64,000 nucleotides of DNA, taken from positions 64,001 through 128,000 of the forward strand of contig CAVPJU010000001.1 of assembly GCA_963705505.1 (NCBI GenBank). Direction: 5' to 3'. This DNA comes from an uncultured bacterium. GTDB lineage: Bacteria; Desulfobacterota_D; UBA1144; Nemesobacterales; UBA2774. The translations under genes were made by a program, and so were the position numbers. Of this stretch, positions 9,476-18,776 are shown one piece after another (position 1 is the stretch's first letter; every line of letters begins with the position of its first letter). Under the pieces are notes generated by a model that did no database searches, was not told where the DNA came from, and worked only from the letters and a program-made list of their open reading frames with translations.

Positions 9476-12400
9476 TTGGTTGATTTTTTCATTCAGCGCC
9501 CGGTTATGGCCACCGTACTGGCGATATTGATCACCCTGGTCGGTGGAATTTCGATACCCATATTACCGATTGCGCAGTTCCCGGAAATAGCCCCCCCGAC
9601 CGTCAATGTTTCGGCGACCTACACGGGCGCGAGTGCCCAGGTCGTGGAGACGACGGTCACGGACCCTATTGAAGAACAGATAAACGGCGTCCAGGGTATG
9701 ACGTACATGGAGTCCTACAGCTCGAACGACGGGACCATGAACATAAACGTTACTTTTGATGTCGGATATGACCTGGATATTGCGAATGTGGACGTAACGA
9801 ACCAGGTACAGCTCGCTACACCCCTCGTTCCTGAAACGGTTAGCAAATACGGTATATCGGTTGAAAAACAATCACCCGCTCTTATTCTGGCCGTGCACCT
9901 TATATCGCCCGACGGAAGCCGCGATGACCTTTTCCTGAGCAACTACATCGGTATCCAGATTTCCCAGACCCTCCAGCGAATTCCGGGGGTGGGGAACCTT
10001 ACGATATGGGGACAGAGGCAATACTCCATGCGCATCTGGCTTAACCCGGATAAGCTGGCGAGCCTGGGGCTCACCACTTCGGACGTTGTTGGCGCCATAT
10101 CGGAGCAGAACCTCCAGGTAGCCGCGGGCGCTATAGGCGAGCCCCCCATTCCCAGGGGCCAGCAGTTCCAGTACACGATTACCACTCTCGGCAGGCTTGA
10201 GACAGCCGAGGAGTTCGGGGACATAATCATACGCGCGGAGCCGGACGGTACTGTCGTCCGCATAAAGGACGTGGCTCGTGTCGAACTGGGCGCTCAGAGT
10301 TATGACCAGGACAGCCTTCTCGACGGGAAGTCTGCTATCGGGATCGGTATTTATCAGCTGCCGGGCGCGAATGCCCTCGATGTCGATAAACAGGTCAGGG
10401 TTACGATGGAGCAGCTTAAGAAGAACTTCCCGTCCGGTGTCGATTACAAGATAGTATATGACACCACCGAATTTGTTACAGCGTCTATCATAGAGGTCGT
10501 GAAGACCCTCTTCGAGGCGTTCATACTGGTCTTCATAGTGGTATTCGTATTCCTGCAGAATATCAGAGCCACGCTCATACCCGCAATAACTATTCCGGTA
10601 TCGTTGATCGGCACTTTCGCACTCATTAATGCCTTCGGCTTTTCAATCAATACCCTCAGTCTTTTCGGGCTCGTCCTCGCGATCGGTCTCGTGGTGGATG
10701 ATGCCATAGTCGTCGTGGAAAACGTCTCGCGTTTGATTCAGGAAAAGGACGTTTCCCCGAGGGAGGCGACGAGCGCAGCCATGAAGGAGGTGACCGGTCC
10801 CATCGTAGCGACCTCTCTCGTGCTGATGGCCGTATTCGTTCCGGTCTCTTTCATGCCCGGTATTTCCGGGCAGATGTACAGGCAGTTCGCACTGACGATA
10901 GCTTTTTCTGTCGGTATTTCCGCTATCAACGCCTTGACGCTGAGCCCTGCTCTCTGCGCGCTCTTTCTCCGCAAGGAGGCCGGGACCAAGTTTTGGTTCT
11001 TCAGGAAGTTCGACGAAGGTTTCGAACGCTTCAAAAACGGGTATCAGCGCTGGGTGAAAGAGTTGACTACCCGATGGAAGCTGGTAGTGATAGTCTTCGC
11101 CGTGCTCATGGGTCTCACGGTTTACATGTTCAGGATCGTGCCTACGGGTTTCGTCCCGGAGGAAGACCAGGGTTACTTCATAGTAAATATCCAGGGCCCC
11201 GAGGGTTCGTCGCTCGAGCGCACGAACGAGACCATGCAGCGGGTGTACGACATACTGATGAATACGCCCGGGGTAGCGCATGTAGTCTCCATATCGGGCC
11301 TTAACTTCCTTACTTCGAGTTCCGACTCGAACGCCGGAGCCATGTTCCCGGTGCTTGCGCCCTGGAGCCAGAGGAAATCCAGGGAAACTCAGATCGACTA
11401 TATTCTGAACACCGTGCGGAAAAAGTTTGCGGGAATCCAGGGGGCCGTCGTGGTCGCGTTCAACGCTCCGGCCATTCAGGGACTGAGCTCGACCGGCGGG
11501 TTCCAGTTCGAGCTCGAGGACCGGACCGACCTCGGCTTGAAAACGCTTCAGAAGGTTATGGCGGAGATCGTTGAGAAGGGCGAGAAGAAGCCCGAGCTCG
11601 AGGGTCTGTTCAGTTACTTTGGCGTCAATACGCCGGGTCTTTATATTGAGCTTGACCGGACAAAGGCGAAAACTCAGGGAGTTTCGATATCTGAGATATT
11701 CCAAACCCTGCAGAGTTATCTGGGGTCGCTGTACGTGAACGACTTCAACCTGTTCGGCCAGGTCTACAGGGTCTTCATACAGGCTGACAGCCAATACCGG
11801 AACACGGCGGATGACATATCCCGCCTCTATGTGCGTACGAATAAAGGGGGCCTTGTGCCTCTTGATACACTGATAAACGTGAAGCAGGTCGTTGGCCCGC
11901 AAACAATCACTCATTATAACCTTTACCGCTCGGCCGAGATCGACGGCGATAACTCGCCTGGCTACAGCTCCGGCGAGGCTATGAGTACTATGGAAGCGAT
12001 GGCGGACGAGCTGATGCCGGAGGGCATGGGATACGAGTGGTCGGGCATTTCCTATCAGGAGATCAAGGCCGGGAACCTCGCTCCGCTGATTTTCGGTCTC
12101 TCTCTGGTGTTCGTGTTCTTATTCCTGGCGGCCCTTTACGAGAGCTGGGCAATGCCGTTCATGGTCATGCTCGCCGTCCCGCTCGCGCTCCTCGGCGCCA
12201 TGCTCGCTCAATATCTACGCGGCCTCTCGAATGACATCTACTGCCAGATCGGACTCGTCATGCTCATCGGTCTTGCGAGCAAGAACGCGATACTGATCGT
12301 GGAGTTCGCAAAGCAGCGCCGTGAGGAGGGGATGCCTGTCCAGGAAGCAGCCATGACGGCTGCTCTCATCAGATTAAGGCCTATCCTCATGACTGCGTTC

Positions 12401-12586
12401 GCGTTTATTCTCGGCGTCTTCCCGCTCGTAGTCGCGTCAGGTGCGGGCGCTAACAGCCGTCATTCGCTGGGAACTGCGGTCTTCGGCGGTATGATAGTCT
12501 CCACTCTCCTGAGTCTCATTGTCGTTCCCGTATTCTACGTGATAATCGAGGACCTGAGGGAGCGCGGATCGAACAAACCGGCTTAG
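9476..12586 (+). CDS. HAE1-family RND efflux permease (AcrB/MexB-like)
   Basis: FFIQRPV, GLVVDDAIVVVEN, KNAILIVEFA, RLRPILMT; TTG start after AAGGAG. Confidence 0.96.
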   Translation: MVDFFIQRPVMATVLAILITLVGGISIPILPIAQFPEIAPPTVNVSATYTGASAQVVETTVTDPIEEQINGVQGMTYMESYSSNDGTMNINVTFDVGYDLDIANVDVTNQVQLATPLVPETVSKYGISVEKQSPALILAVHLISPDGSRDDLFLSNYIGIQISQTLQRIPGVGNLTIWGQRQYSMRIWLNPDKLASLGLTTSDVVGAISEQNLQVAAGAIGEPPIPRGQQFQYTITTLGRLETAEEFGDIIIRAEPDGTVVRIKDVARVELGAQSYDQDSLLDGKSAIGIGIYQLPGANALDVDKQVRVTMEQLKKNFPSGVDYKIVYDTTEFVTASIIEVVKTLFEAFILVFIVVFVFLQNIRATLIPAITIPVSLIGTFALINAFGFSINTLSLFGLVLAIGLVVDDAIVVVENVSRLIQEKDVSPREATSAAMKEVTGPIVATSLVLMAVFVPVSFMPGISGQMYRQFALTIAFSVGISAINALTLSPALCALFLRKEAGTKFWFFRKFDEGFERFKNGYQRWVKELTTRWKLVVIVFAVLMGLTVYMFRIVPTGFVPEEDQGYFIVNIQGPEGSSLERTNETMQRVYDILMNTPGVAHVVSISGLNFLTSSSDSNAGAMFPVLAPWSQRKSRETQIDYILNTVRKKFAGIQGAVVVAFNAPAIQGLSSTGGFQFELEDRTDLGLKTLQKVMAEIVEKGEKKPELEGLFSYFGVNTPGLYIELDRTKAKTQGVSISEIFQTLQSYLGSLYVNDFNLFGQVYRVFIQADSQYRNTADDISRLYVRTNKGGLVPLDTLINVKQVVGPQTITHYNLYRSAEIDGDNSPGYSSGEAMSTMEAMADELMPEGMGYEWSGISYQEIKAGNLAPLIFGLSLVFVFLFLAALYESWAMPFMVMLAVPLALLGAMLAQYLRGLSNDIYCQIGLVMLIGLASKNAILIVEFAKQRREEGMPVQEAAMTAALIRLRPILMTAFAFILGVFPLVVASGAGANSRHSLGTAVFGGMIVSTLLSLIVVPVFYVIIEDLRERGSNKPA

Positions 12587-12641
12587 TAACTTAGTAACGT
12601 TAAACCAAAATAGGTGGATTCTTGCTTTCTTCTTTTCTTTC

Positions 12642-12683
12642 AATTCCTTCCCCTTAACAAGGGGGAAGGGTAGGATGGGGGTG
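12642..12683. repeat. REP-like element, copy 2
   Basis: 37/42 nt identical to 6122-6163, same orientation, between convergent genes. Confidence 0.75.
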
Positions 12684-12686
12684 TAG

Positions 12687-12716
12687 TCCTGCATCCTGTA
12701 TCTTGCACCCTGCATC
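12687..12716. repeat. Heptamer tandem repeat (YCYTGYA x4)
   Basis: TCCTGCA-TCCTGTA-TCTTGCA-CCCTGCA. Confidence 0.7.
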
Positions 12717-12726
12717 ATTTTCTTTC

Positions 12727-13377
12727 CTACTTCAATATCTCCCCCGTCTTCTCGCTCCATAGCAGGAGGTCGAGCTCGTCGAACGGGATGCCTATGTCAT
12801 CCGCAAATTGCTTTAGTCTATTTTCTATAGCGATATACCTGTCCCTTGTGCCGGGGGGCTTCGGGCTCTCTATAATCCCGGTCTCATATAACGTATTGAG
12901 TATATGCTTGTCGAGAATCGCGTAACCCTTATAGCCGATATTCCTCAGGAAGTGGCTCGACTCCTTGTACCCGATCCCCTTTATATCCTTATTCCGGGCG
13001 AAGAAGTCCCTCCTCTCGAGCGGGTCACCGAATGACTCGATCAGATCCCGCAGCCTGAACCCGTATTCACGTTTCAGGTATTCCCTCGTATGAATTATGT
13101 AGGCCGGTCTGTAGTTGGGGAACCTGTGTATACCTTCCAGTCTCTTCCGGATTTTTTTCAGGCTTCCCTCGGGCAGTATGTCCCTTACCGCCTCGATCGA
13201 TTTGAGCCCCATCCTGGCGCTTGCTCCGGCCGTGCATATGCAGAACGCGAGCTCTTCGAAGATCCTCTTGTCGTCCCCATGCCTGCGGACGTCCCCGAAT
13301 TCCTCGAGCCTCGCCCTGATGACATCCCTCTTGGCGACATAGGATATCCCGAGCTTCCCGTGCGAGTGCTTTTTCAT
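12727..13377 (-). CDS. ogg: 8-oxoguanine N-glycosylase/DNA lyase, Ogg2 (archaeal/thermophile-type) family
   Basis: ELAFCI, HRFPN, HhH KGIGYKESSHFLRN, AILDKH, LDLLLW and C-terminal ILK. Confidence 0.88.
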   Translation of the reverse strand: MKKHSHGKLGISYVAKRDVIRARLEEFGDVRRHGDDKRIFEELAFCICTAGASARMGLKSIEAVRDILPEGSLKKIRKRLEGIHRFPNYRPAYIIHTREYLKREYGFRLRDLIESFGDPLERRDFFARNKDIKGIGYKESSHFLRNIGYKGYAILDKHILNTLYETGIIESPKPPGTRDRYIAIENRLKQFADDIGIPFDELDLLLWSEKTGEILK

Positions 13378-13430
13378 TTACGGTTTGGCTGAAAAAAATA
13401 TGGATTTCGGAATTTAAAAGCGCGGCGGAA

Positions 13431-15875
13431 TTATTTGTAAATCGTTAAACTGGCTCCCGGCGTTAATTCCTCGGATTTCAGGTTGTTCCATTTCTGAATG
13501 CTTGCGACCGATACGTTATGCCTGCTCGCGATGTCCCAGAGCGTATCGCCTTTCTTGACACGGTAGTTAATTTTATCGCTGATCCCGTTGTCGGATGAAT
13601 TGGCGGATGAGTGACCGCCGTTCGGAATTACGAGCACCTGTCCCGTCATAATCGTCGTGCCCTTGATGTTGTTCGCGCTCTTGAGTGAGGAGAGCCCGAC
13701 ACCGTTCTTTTCCGCGATACTGCCGAGAGTATCCCCGGGCTGCACTTTGTATTTCACGGTAGCGCTGCTCGTTGTGCGCGTATCGGCGCTCGCGTACACA
13801 GGGCTCGATGATCCGGGGATCGAAAGGACCTGACCGTATTTTATAACGGAGCCGTTCAGGTTGTTTGCGCTTTGTATGGACGATACCGGAACGCCGCATC
13901 TTTGTGAGATACCCGCTAAAGTATCGCCGCGCCTGACGGTATATTTTGTGGACGCGCTGTTACGTGTAACAACGTTACTTGTCACAACGTCATCCGATTC
14001 CGTATAAGTGGCTGAAGAGGAACCCGGAATCGTGATTACGTCCCCGCGCTGTATGACGGAGCCGCTGATATTGTTAGCGCCCTTGATCGATGCAACCGAC
14101 ACACCGTGCTTTTCGGCTATCTCCCCCAGAGTGTCTCCGGAATTAACTGTATATTTCGATGTAGTCCGGGTTACCGGTGCGGCGGCGGTCGCCGAAGTTT
14201 CGGCGTACGTTTCGTCCGAGCCGGCTATGTAAGTGCTTCCGTTCGAAATATAGGGGATATCCAGTTGCTCTCCCGATTGAATGGTTGATCCCTGGATCCT
14301 GTTTGCCCGTATGATTGTCGTCACGCTGACGTTGTATTTGGCTGCGATCCCGCCCAGAGTATCCCCGGGCTGAACTCTGTATTTGGCGATTTTCGTGGAA
14401 TTACTCGCGACGGTTTCCGTTTCGTAAAATCGGCCCGAAGCGCCGGGAATCGTCAGCACCTGTCCGGACCTGATGACGTGGCTTCTGAGGTCGTTAGCGT
14501 CCTTAATAGAAGCTATGCTTACCCTGTGCCTGGCGGCTATTGCGCCCAGTGTATCGCCGCGCCTTACCCTGTATTGTATGGTCGACCCGTAGCTGTCTCC
14601 GGAAGAGGAATTGGAGGCATAAGAACCGGATAGGCCGGGTATGGTCAGGACCTGTCCCGATCTTATAGTAGAGCTTCTCATGCCGTTTGCTCTTTTTATG
14701 CTCGAAACGCTGACCCCGTACCGTGCGGCGATCCTGGCAAGGGTTTCTCCGCGCCTTACTCTGTGCGTTCCTCCGGAGCTTCTCTGGGCAATCATCGGGT
14801 TTACATCTTTAAGAGCGTATAGCTCACTGCTTTTCTGGGATGTGATAGTGGCATAGCCCTGCGGTACGTTGATTTGATAAGGCCCGCCGGGAGGCGTCGC
14901 GTTAAGAAGGATTGCGGGATTTAACTCCACGAGCGTATATTGACTGACGCCGATTACCCTCGCGATCTCGCTCAGGCTCTTTTGCGGGGGGACCATAACG
15001 GTCTCGTAGAAGTCGGGTTTATAATAGTCGATTCCGACAAACCCGTACTTTTCGGGGTTCCTCGCGATGATCAATGCGGCCATTAGCTTGGGGACATAGT
15101 TCTTGGTCTCTTCGGGCAGCGTGAATTCGGATATTTGCCAGAAATCGTTGATCTGATACTTGTCTATAGCGGCCTGGACCCGGTCCTCCCCGCAGTTATA
15201 CCCCGCTGCTGCGAGTTCCCAGGACTGGAACATGGCGTAGAGGTCGCTCAGGTAGTCCGCTGCAGCTATGGTGGACTTTCTCGGGTCCATCCTCTCATCG
15301 ACCCAGGAGTCGACCCTCAGTCCGTAACGTGTCGCCGTAGGCTTTATGAATTGCCATGGTCCGACGGCGGCGCTCCTTGACTCCGCTTTTACGTTGAATC
15401 CGCTTTCTATCATGGCCAGATATACGAGGTCCGTGGGCATTCCTCTCTGTCCGAGGATTTCCTTCATCAGAGGAATGTATTTGCCCGAGCGTTCGAGCCA
15501 TATACTGAAGGACCTCCGACCTTCGTTCTGAAAATACACCATGAAGTGAATCACCTTATCGTTCAGAACGACGGGTATCTCTTTTTCCGTTTCGGGGGCT
15601 ACGTCCGGGAATTGGTCGAAAATGTTCTCGATGTAATAATAGGTCTTCCATCCCTGCACCTGGGGGTTCAGGATAAAGAAGCTCGACCTTACGTCGACAG
15701 TCTCCTTTCCGTTGTCTTCATCGACTATTTTTATTTCGGGTTCCAGTTCCGTATCCTCGAGATGGATTCCGGAAAAGCTTGGGCCGGAAGACTTCGCCGT
15801 ATACGACTTGGCTCCGCAGCCGACCAGCAGAAGAGTTACAACACCGGCGAGGGGTAGTAAATACCTGTAAAACAT
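13431..15875 (-). CDS. mltD: MltD-like lytic transglycosylase lipoprotein with seven LysM domains
   Basis: Lipobox LVGC; SLT motifs AMIES, GPWQF, AAGYNCG, ETKNYV; seven Y/HxVxxGD/ETL repeats. Confidence 0.9.
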   Translation of the reverse strand: MFYRYLLPLAGVVTLLLVGCGAKSYTAKSSGPSFSGIHLEDTELEPEIKIVDEDNGKETVDVRSSFFILNPQVQGWKTYYYIENIFDQFPDVAPETEKEIPVVLNDKVIHFMVYFQNEGRRSFSIWLERSGKYIPLMKEILGQRGMPTDLVYLAMIESGFNVKAESRSAAVGPWQFIKPTATRYGLRVDSWVDERMDPRKSTIAAADYLSDLYAMFQSWELAAAGYNCGEDRVQAAIDKYQINDFWQISEFTLPEETKNYVPKLMAALIIARNPEKYGFVGIDYYKPDFYETVMVPPQKSLSEIARVIGVSQYTLVELNPAILLNATPPGGPYQINVPQGYATITSQKSSELYALKDVNPMIAQRSSGGTHRVRRGETLARIAARYGVSVSSIKRANGMRSSTIRSGQVLTIPGLSGSYASNSSSGDSYGSTIQYRVRRGDTLGAIAARHRVSIASIKDANDLRSHVIRSGQVLTIPGASGRFYETETVASNSTKIAKYRVQPGDTLGGIAAKYNVSVTTIIRANRIQGSTIQSGEQLDIPYISNGSTYIAGSDETYAETSATAAAPVTRTTSKYTVNSGDTLGEIAEKHGVSVASIKGANNISGSVIQRGDVITIPGSSSATYTESDDVVTSNVVTRNSASTKYTVRRGDTLAGISQRCGVPVSSIQSANNLNGSVIKYGQVLSIPGSSSPVYASADTRTTSSATVKYKVQPGDTLGSIAEKNGVGLSSLKSANNIKGTTIMTGQVLVIPNGGHSSANSSDNGISDKINYRVKKGDTLWDIASRHNVSVASIQKWNNLKSEELTPGASLTIYK

Positions 15876-16063
15876 TGCATTTTTTTTATCATAATTTGAA
15901 GAGAATGTCAATGTTTTGAGATGCAAATTTAAGTATTTTGCTTAAAAAAACCAAATTTCACGCTATATAATACCGGATTTCGGATCGTTCCGAAATCAAC
16001 CCCTGCCGGGCCTGACAGGGTTTGAGTTCTCTCGCAAAGCGTTTTTGGGAAATGATTCGATTA

Positions 16064-17323
16064 TCATACTGCGTCTGAAAAATATGATTTAAAATCTCCG
16101 GGCTTCATGTTAGCGGTCTTAGCAAGCGCCCTCAGTTTCTTTTCATCGGCAAGGTCTTCTTCGTTGAGCTTGATCATATACTTCTGCGCGACTTCGTACG
16201 ATTCGGTATTGATATCGACATACCTTGTCCTCGGCTGGTTTAACACCGGGTCTATGATTTCATCGAAATAAATCGGGATCATTCTTCCGGTCTGTATCGA
16301 TACTACTGCTCCTGAGCCGCCGCTGAGCAGATATTTCACGGCGCTGTAACCCAGGTCGCGCGCGTATTTTGCATCAAAAGGTGTTGGCGGCGCAGATCTG
16401 AGCTCATAACCTATCGTCTTGTCTATCACTCTCGTGTTGATTCCTTTTTCTGCCAGTGACTTCATCGTTTCGTGCTTCAGCAGTTCGCCCAGATCGACCT
16501 CGGAGAGCCTTATGCGTCCGAGCTCGTCCCTGCTCAGGTCCTTCAGGTGCTTCAGCTCTTCCTCGTCGAGCTTCTCGGTAAGTCCCTCGGCGAGAATGGC
16601 TACCCCGTCCTCCCTTCCGGACGCGAGGCGTTTTATTATGGAGCCTTCGAGAATAGCGGTGATATTCCTGAGAGATATTTTACCCTCGCCGAACTCCTCG
16701 GGGATTAAGGTCAGGGTGGCCCCCGAGGCTTTACCTATTCCTAAAGCGAGGTGTCCCGTCTTTCTCCCCATCGTTACGACGAAGAACCACCTGTTGGTCG
16801 TCTTGGCGTCCTCCATGAGGTAATGGACGAGCTTGGTGCCTATGTGCCGGGCCGTCTCGAAACCGAATGTCGGTATGTATCCCGGCAGCGGAATGTTGTT
16901 GTCTATGGTCTTCGGGACGTGAGCCACCTTTATCCTGCCGTTCCCGGCCTTCTCGACCTCGTTTGCGAGAAACATTGTGCCGTCGCCGCCTACCGTTATG
17001 AGGTATCTCACGCCGAGCTTGGTGAGGCCCCGGATCGTATTTTTCATCCTTTCTTTGCTCGACGCGGGGTTGGCCCTCGATATGCCGATAATGGAGCCGC
17101 CCGTGTTGTGTATGCGTGACGTGTTCTGTATCGTCAGTTTTTCGATATGGCTCGTATCGCCCTCTGCCAGCCATTTAAAGCCTTCCCTGATTCCTATCAC
17201 ATCGATGCCCCTGTTAACGGCTTCGATCGTCGATGCGCTGATGACGCCGTTTATACCCGGCGCGGGTCCTCCGCCTACGAGAATAGCGAGGTTATTTCTT
17301 TTACGCGGTTTCGTTCCGGACAT
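16064..17323 (-). CDS. pfk: 6-phosphofructokinase of the short PPi-PFK clade with variant motifs (GGDG / PKTIDNN)
   Basis: GGGPAPGIN, PKTIDN, TFGFETA, MGRKTGHLA, GYELR motifs. Confidence 0.9.
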   Translation of the reverse strand: MSGTKPRKRNNLAILVGGGPAPGINGVISASTIEAVNRGIDVIGIREGFKWLAEGDTSHIEKLTIQNTSRIHNTGGSIIGISRANPASSKERMKNTIRGLTKLGVRYLITVGGDGTMFLANEVEKAGNGRIKVAHVPKTIDNNIPLPGYIPTFGFETARHIGTKLVHYLMEDAKTTNRWFFVVTMGRKTGHLALGIGKASGATLTLIPEEFGEGKISLRNITAILEGSIIKRLASGREDGVAILAEGLTEKLDEEELKHLKDLSRDELGRIRLSEVDLGELLKHETMKSLAEKGINTRVIDKTIGYELRSAPPTPFDAKYARDLGYSAVKYLLSGGSGAVVSIQTGRMIPIYFDEIIDPVLNQPRTRYVDINTESYEVAQKYMIKLNEEDLADEKKLRALAKTANMKPGDFKSYFSDAV

Positions 17324-17410
17324 TCGCCTCTCTCCCTTTTTGCGAGTTATACTCGGGAGCCCGATATATAATATGAGTAAATTTCATAAAATATAAGAGA
17401 CCGTCTGAAT

Positions 17411-18112
17411 TTAATGATAATACCTCCGCGTTGACGCCCTGAGAAGATAGCGGCTTCTGTCGAAGAAGCGTGCGAGTATAAGTCCCGCAACGAACCCCCC
17501 GATATGGGCCCAAAAGGCGACTCCGCCTGTTTCCTTGGGGATGTTGAGAGTGCCGAGCCCGCTCAGGAATTGTATTAAAAACCAGATTAATATGAATACA
17601 GCAGCCGGGATATGAATGAACTGTATGAATATAAAGACGGGAACGAGGGTAAGGATTTTGGATCTGGGATAGTAAGTAATATAGGCTCCCAGTATGCCCG
17701 ATATCGCTCCGCTCGCCCCGACCATCGGTATGACCGAATGGGTATTCGTTATAAATTGAAATACCGCCGCCGCCAGCCCGCAAATGATATAGAAAATGAG
17801 GTACTTGATATGACCCATCCTGCCTTCAACATTGTCACCGAATATATAGAGGAACAGCATGTTTCCGATAAGATGGAGCCATCCGCCGTGAAGGAACATG
17901 GATGTGAGGAAAGGATAGAAGCGGTCTGTAATGGCCATATCGGGAGAAGATGAAAATACGTTCACGGGGACGAGTCCCCATCTGAATATGAAGACGTTCA
18001 TATTTTCTCCGAGTGTATATTCGTAGAGGAATATGAGCACGTTCAATACGATGAGTGTAATATTCACATACGGGAATCCCGGAGATTTGGTGGTGTCTCG
18101 GAGGGGTATCAT
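17411..18112 (-). CDS. Rhomboid family intramembrane serine protease
   Basis: FLHGGWLHLIGN, GASGA (catalytic Ser), AHIGG (catalytic His). Confidence 0.95.
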   Translation of the reverse strand: MIPLRDTTKSPGFPYVNITLIVLNVLIFLYEYTLGENMNVFIFRWGLVPVNVFSSSPDMAITDRFYPFLTSMFLHGGWLHLIGNMLFLYIFGDNVEGRMGHIKYLIFYIICGLAAAVFQFITNTHSVIPMVGASGAISGILGAYITYYPRSKILTLVPVFIFIQFIHIPAAVFILIWFLIQFLSGLGTLNIPKETGGVAFWAHIGGFVAGLILARFFDRSRYLLRASTRRYYH

Positions 18113-18215
18113 TTCTCTTAAGATTATACATAGGGCATATATTTCCCACCACTTGCAATATGGTGTTAATTACATAAAATGCTGGGCGTGTTATTATTAA
18201 GCCGGTCGGGACTAT

Positions 18216-18713
18216 ATGTTTCAGAAACTTAGAACGGATCTCGTTAGGAAGCTTGCAGGGGTGAAGCTCGTATTGATCAACGCCGAGGGTTTTACATCCG
18301 AGGACATTGATAACCACGGGGCTAACGGCCTGAACGGGCTTCATATCAGGGAACTAAAGAATAACGATGTGGAATTAATAGCGTTTTCGAAATCGAAGTC
18401 TCCGTCTATTTCATCCGTCGCCGAGGAGCTGGGGATAGAGCTTCATCAGGGAATATCGGAAAACTCTCAGTTCTATTCCGGGATAAAGAGCGATTATAGT
18501 GTCTCCGACGATGAGGTGGCATTCATCTGCAGGGACCACGGGGACCTGCCTATAATGAAAAGGGCGAACTTCACTGCAGTCACGCCGGAAGCCCCGCTTC
18601 GGGTAAAAGCGGAATCGTATTTCGTAACGTATTCTCAGGGAAGGGGCGCCGTGAGCGAGGTCGCCGCATTGATTTTAAAGGCTAAAAAATACCCCGGCGG
18701 ATGGTCCGAGTAA
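18216..18713 (+). CDS. KdsC/YrbI-like HAD-fold protein with degenerate catalytic motifs
   Basis: Follows the KdsC layout (KLVL..EG, ELGI, DLP, GRGAVSEV) but DxD is NAE. Confidence 0.7.
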   Translation: MFQKLRTDLVRKLAGVKLVLINAEGFTSEDIDNHGANGLNGLHIRELKNNDVELIAFSKSKSPSISSVAEELGIELHQGISENSQFYSGIKSDYSVSDDEVAFICRDHGDLPIMKRANFTAVTPEAPLRVKAESYFVTYSQGRGAVSEVAALILKAKKYPGGWSE

Positions 18714-18776
18714 CAACGCGCCGCCTCGTATTCCTTCCGCCCGCTCCCAACACTGCATATATGATACAATTATTTT

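Noticed and set aside
15998..16022. Minus-strand TCAGGCCCGGCAGGGG resembling the SRP RNA core
   Set aside because: Lacks the GGAAGGAAGCAG loop consensus and the long flanking stem; just a small hairpin
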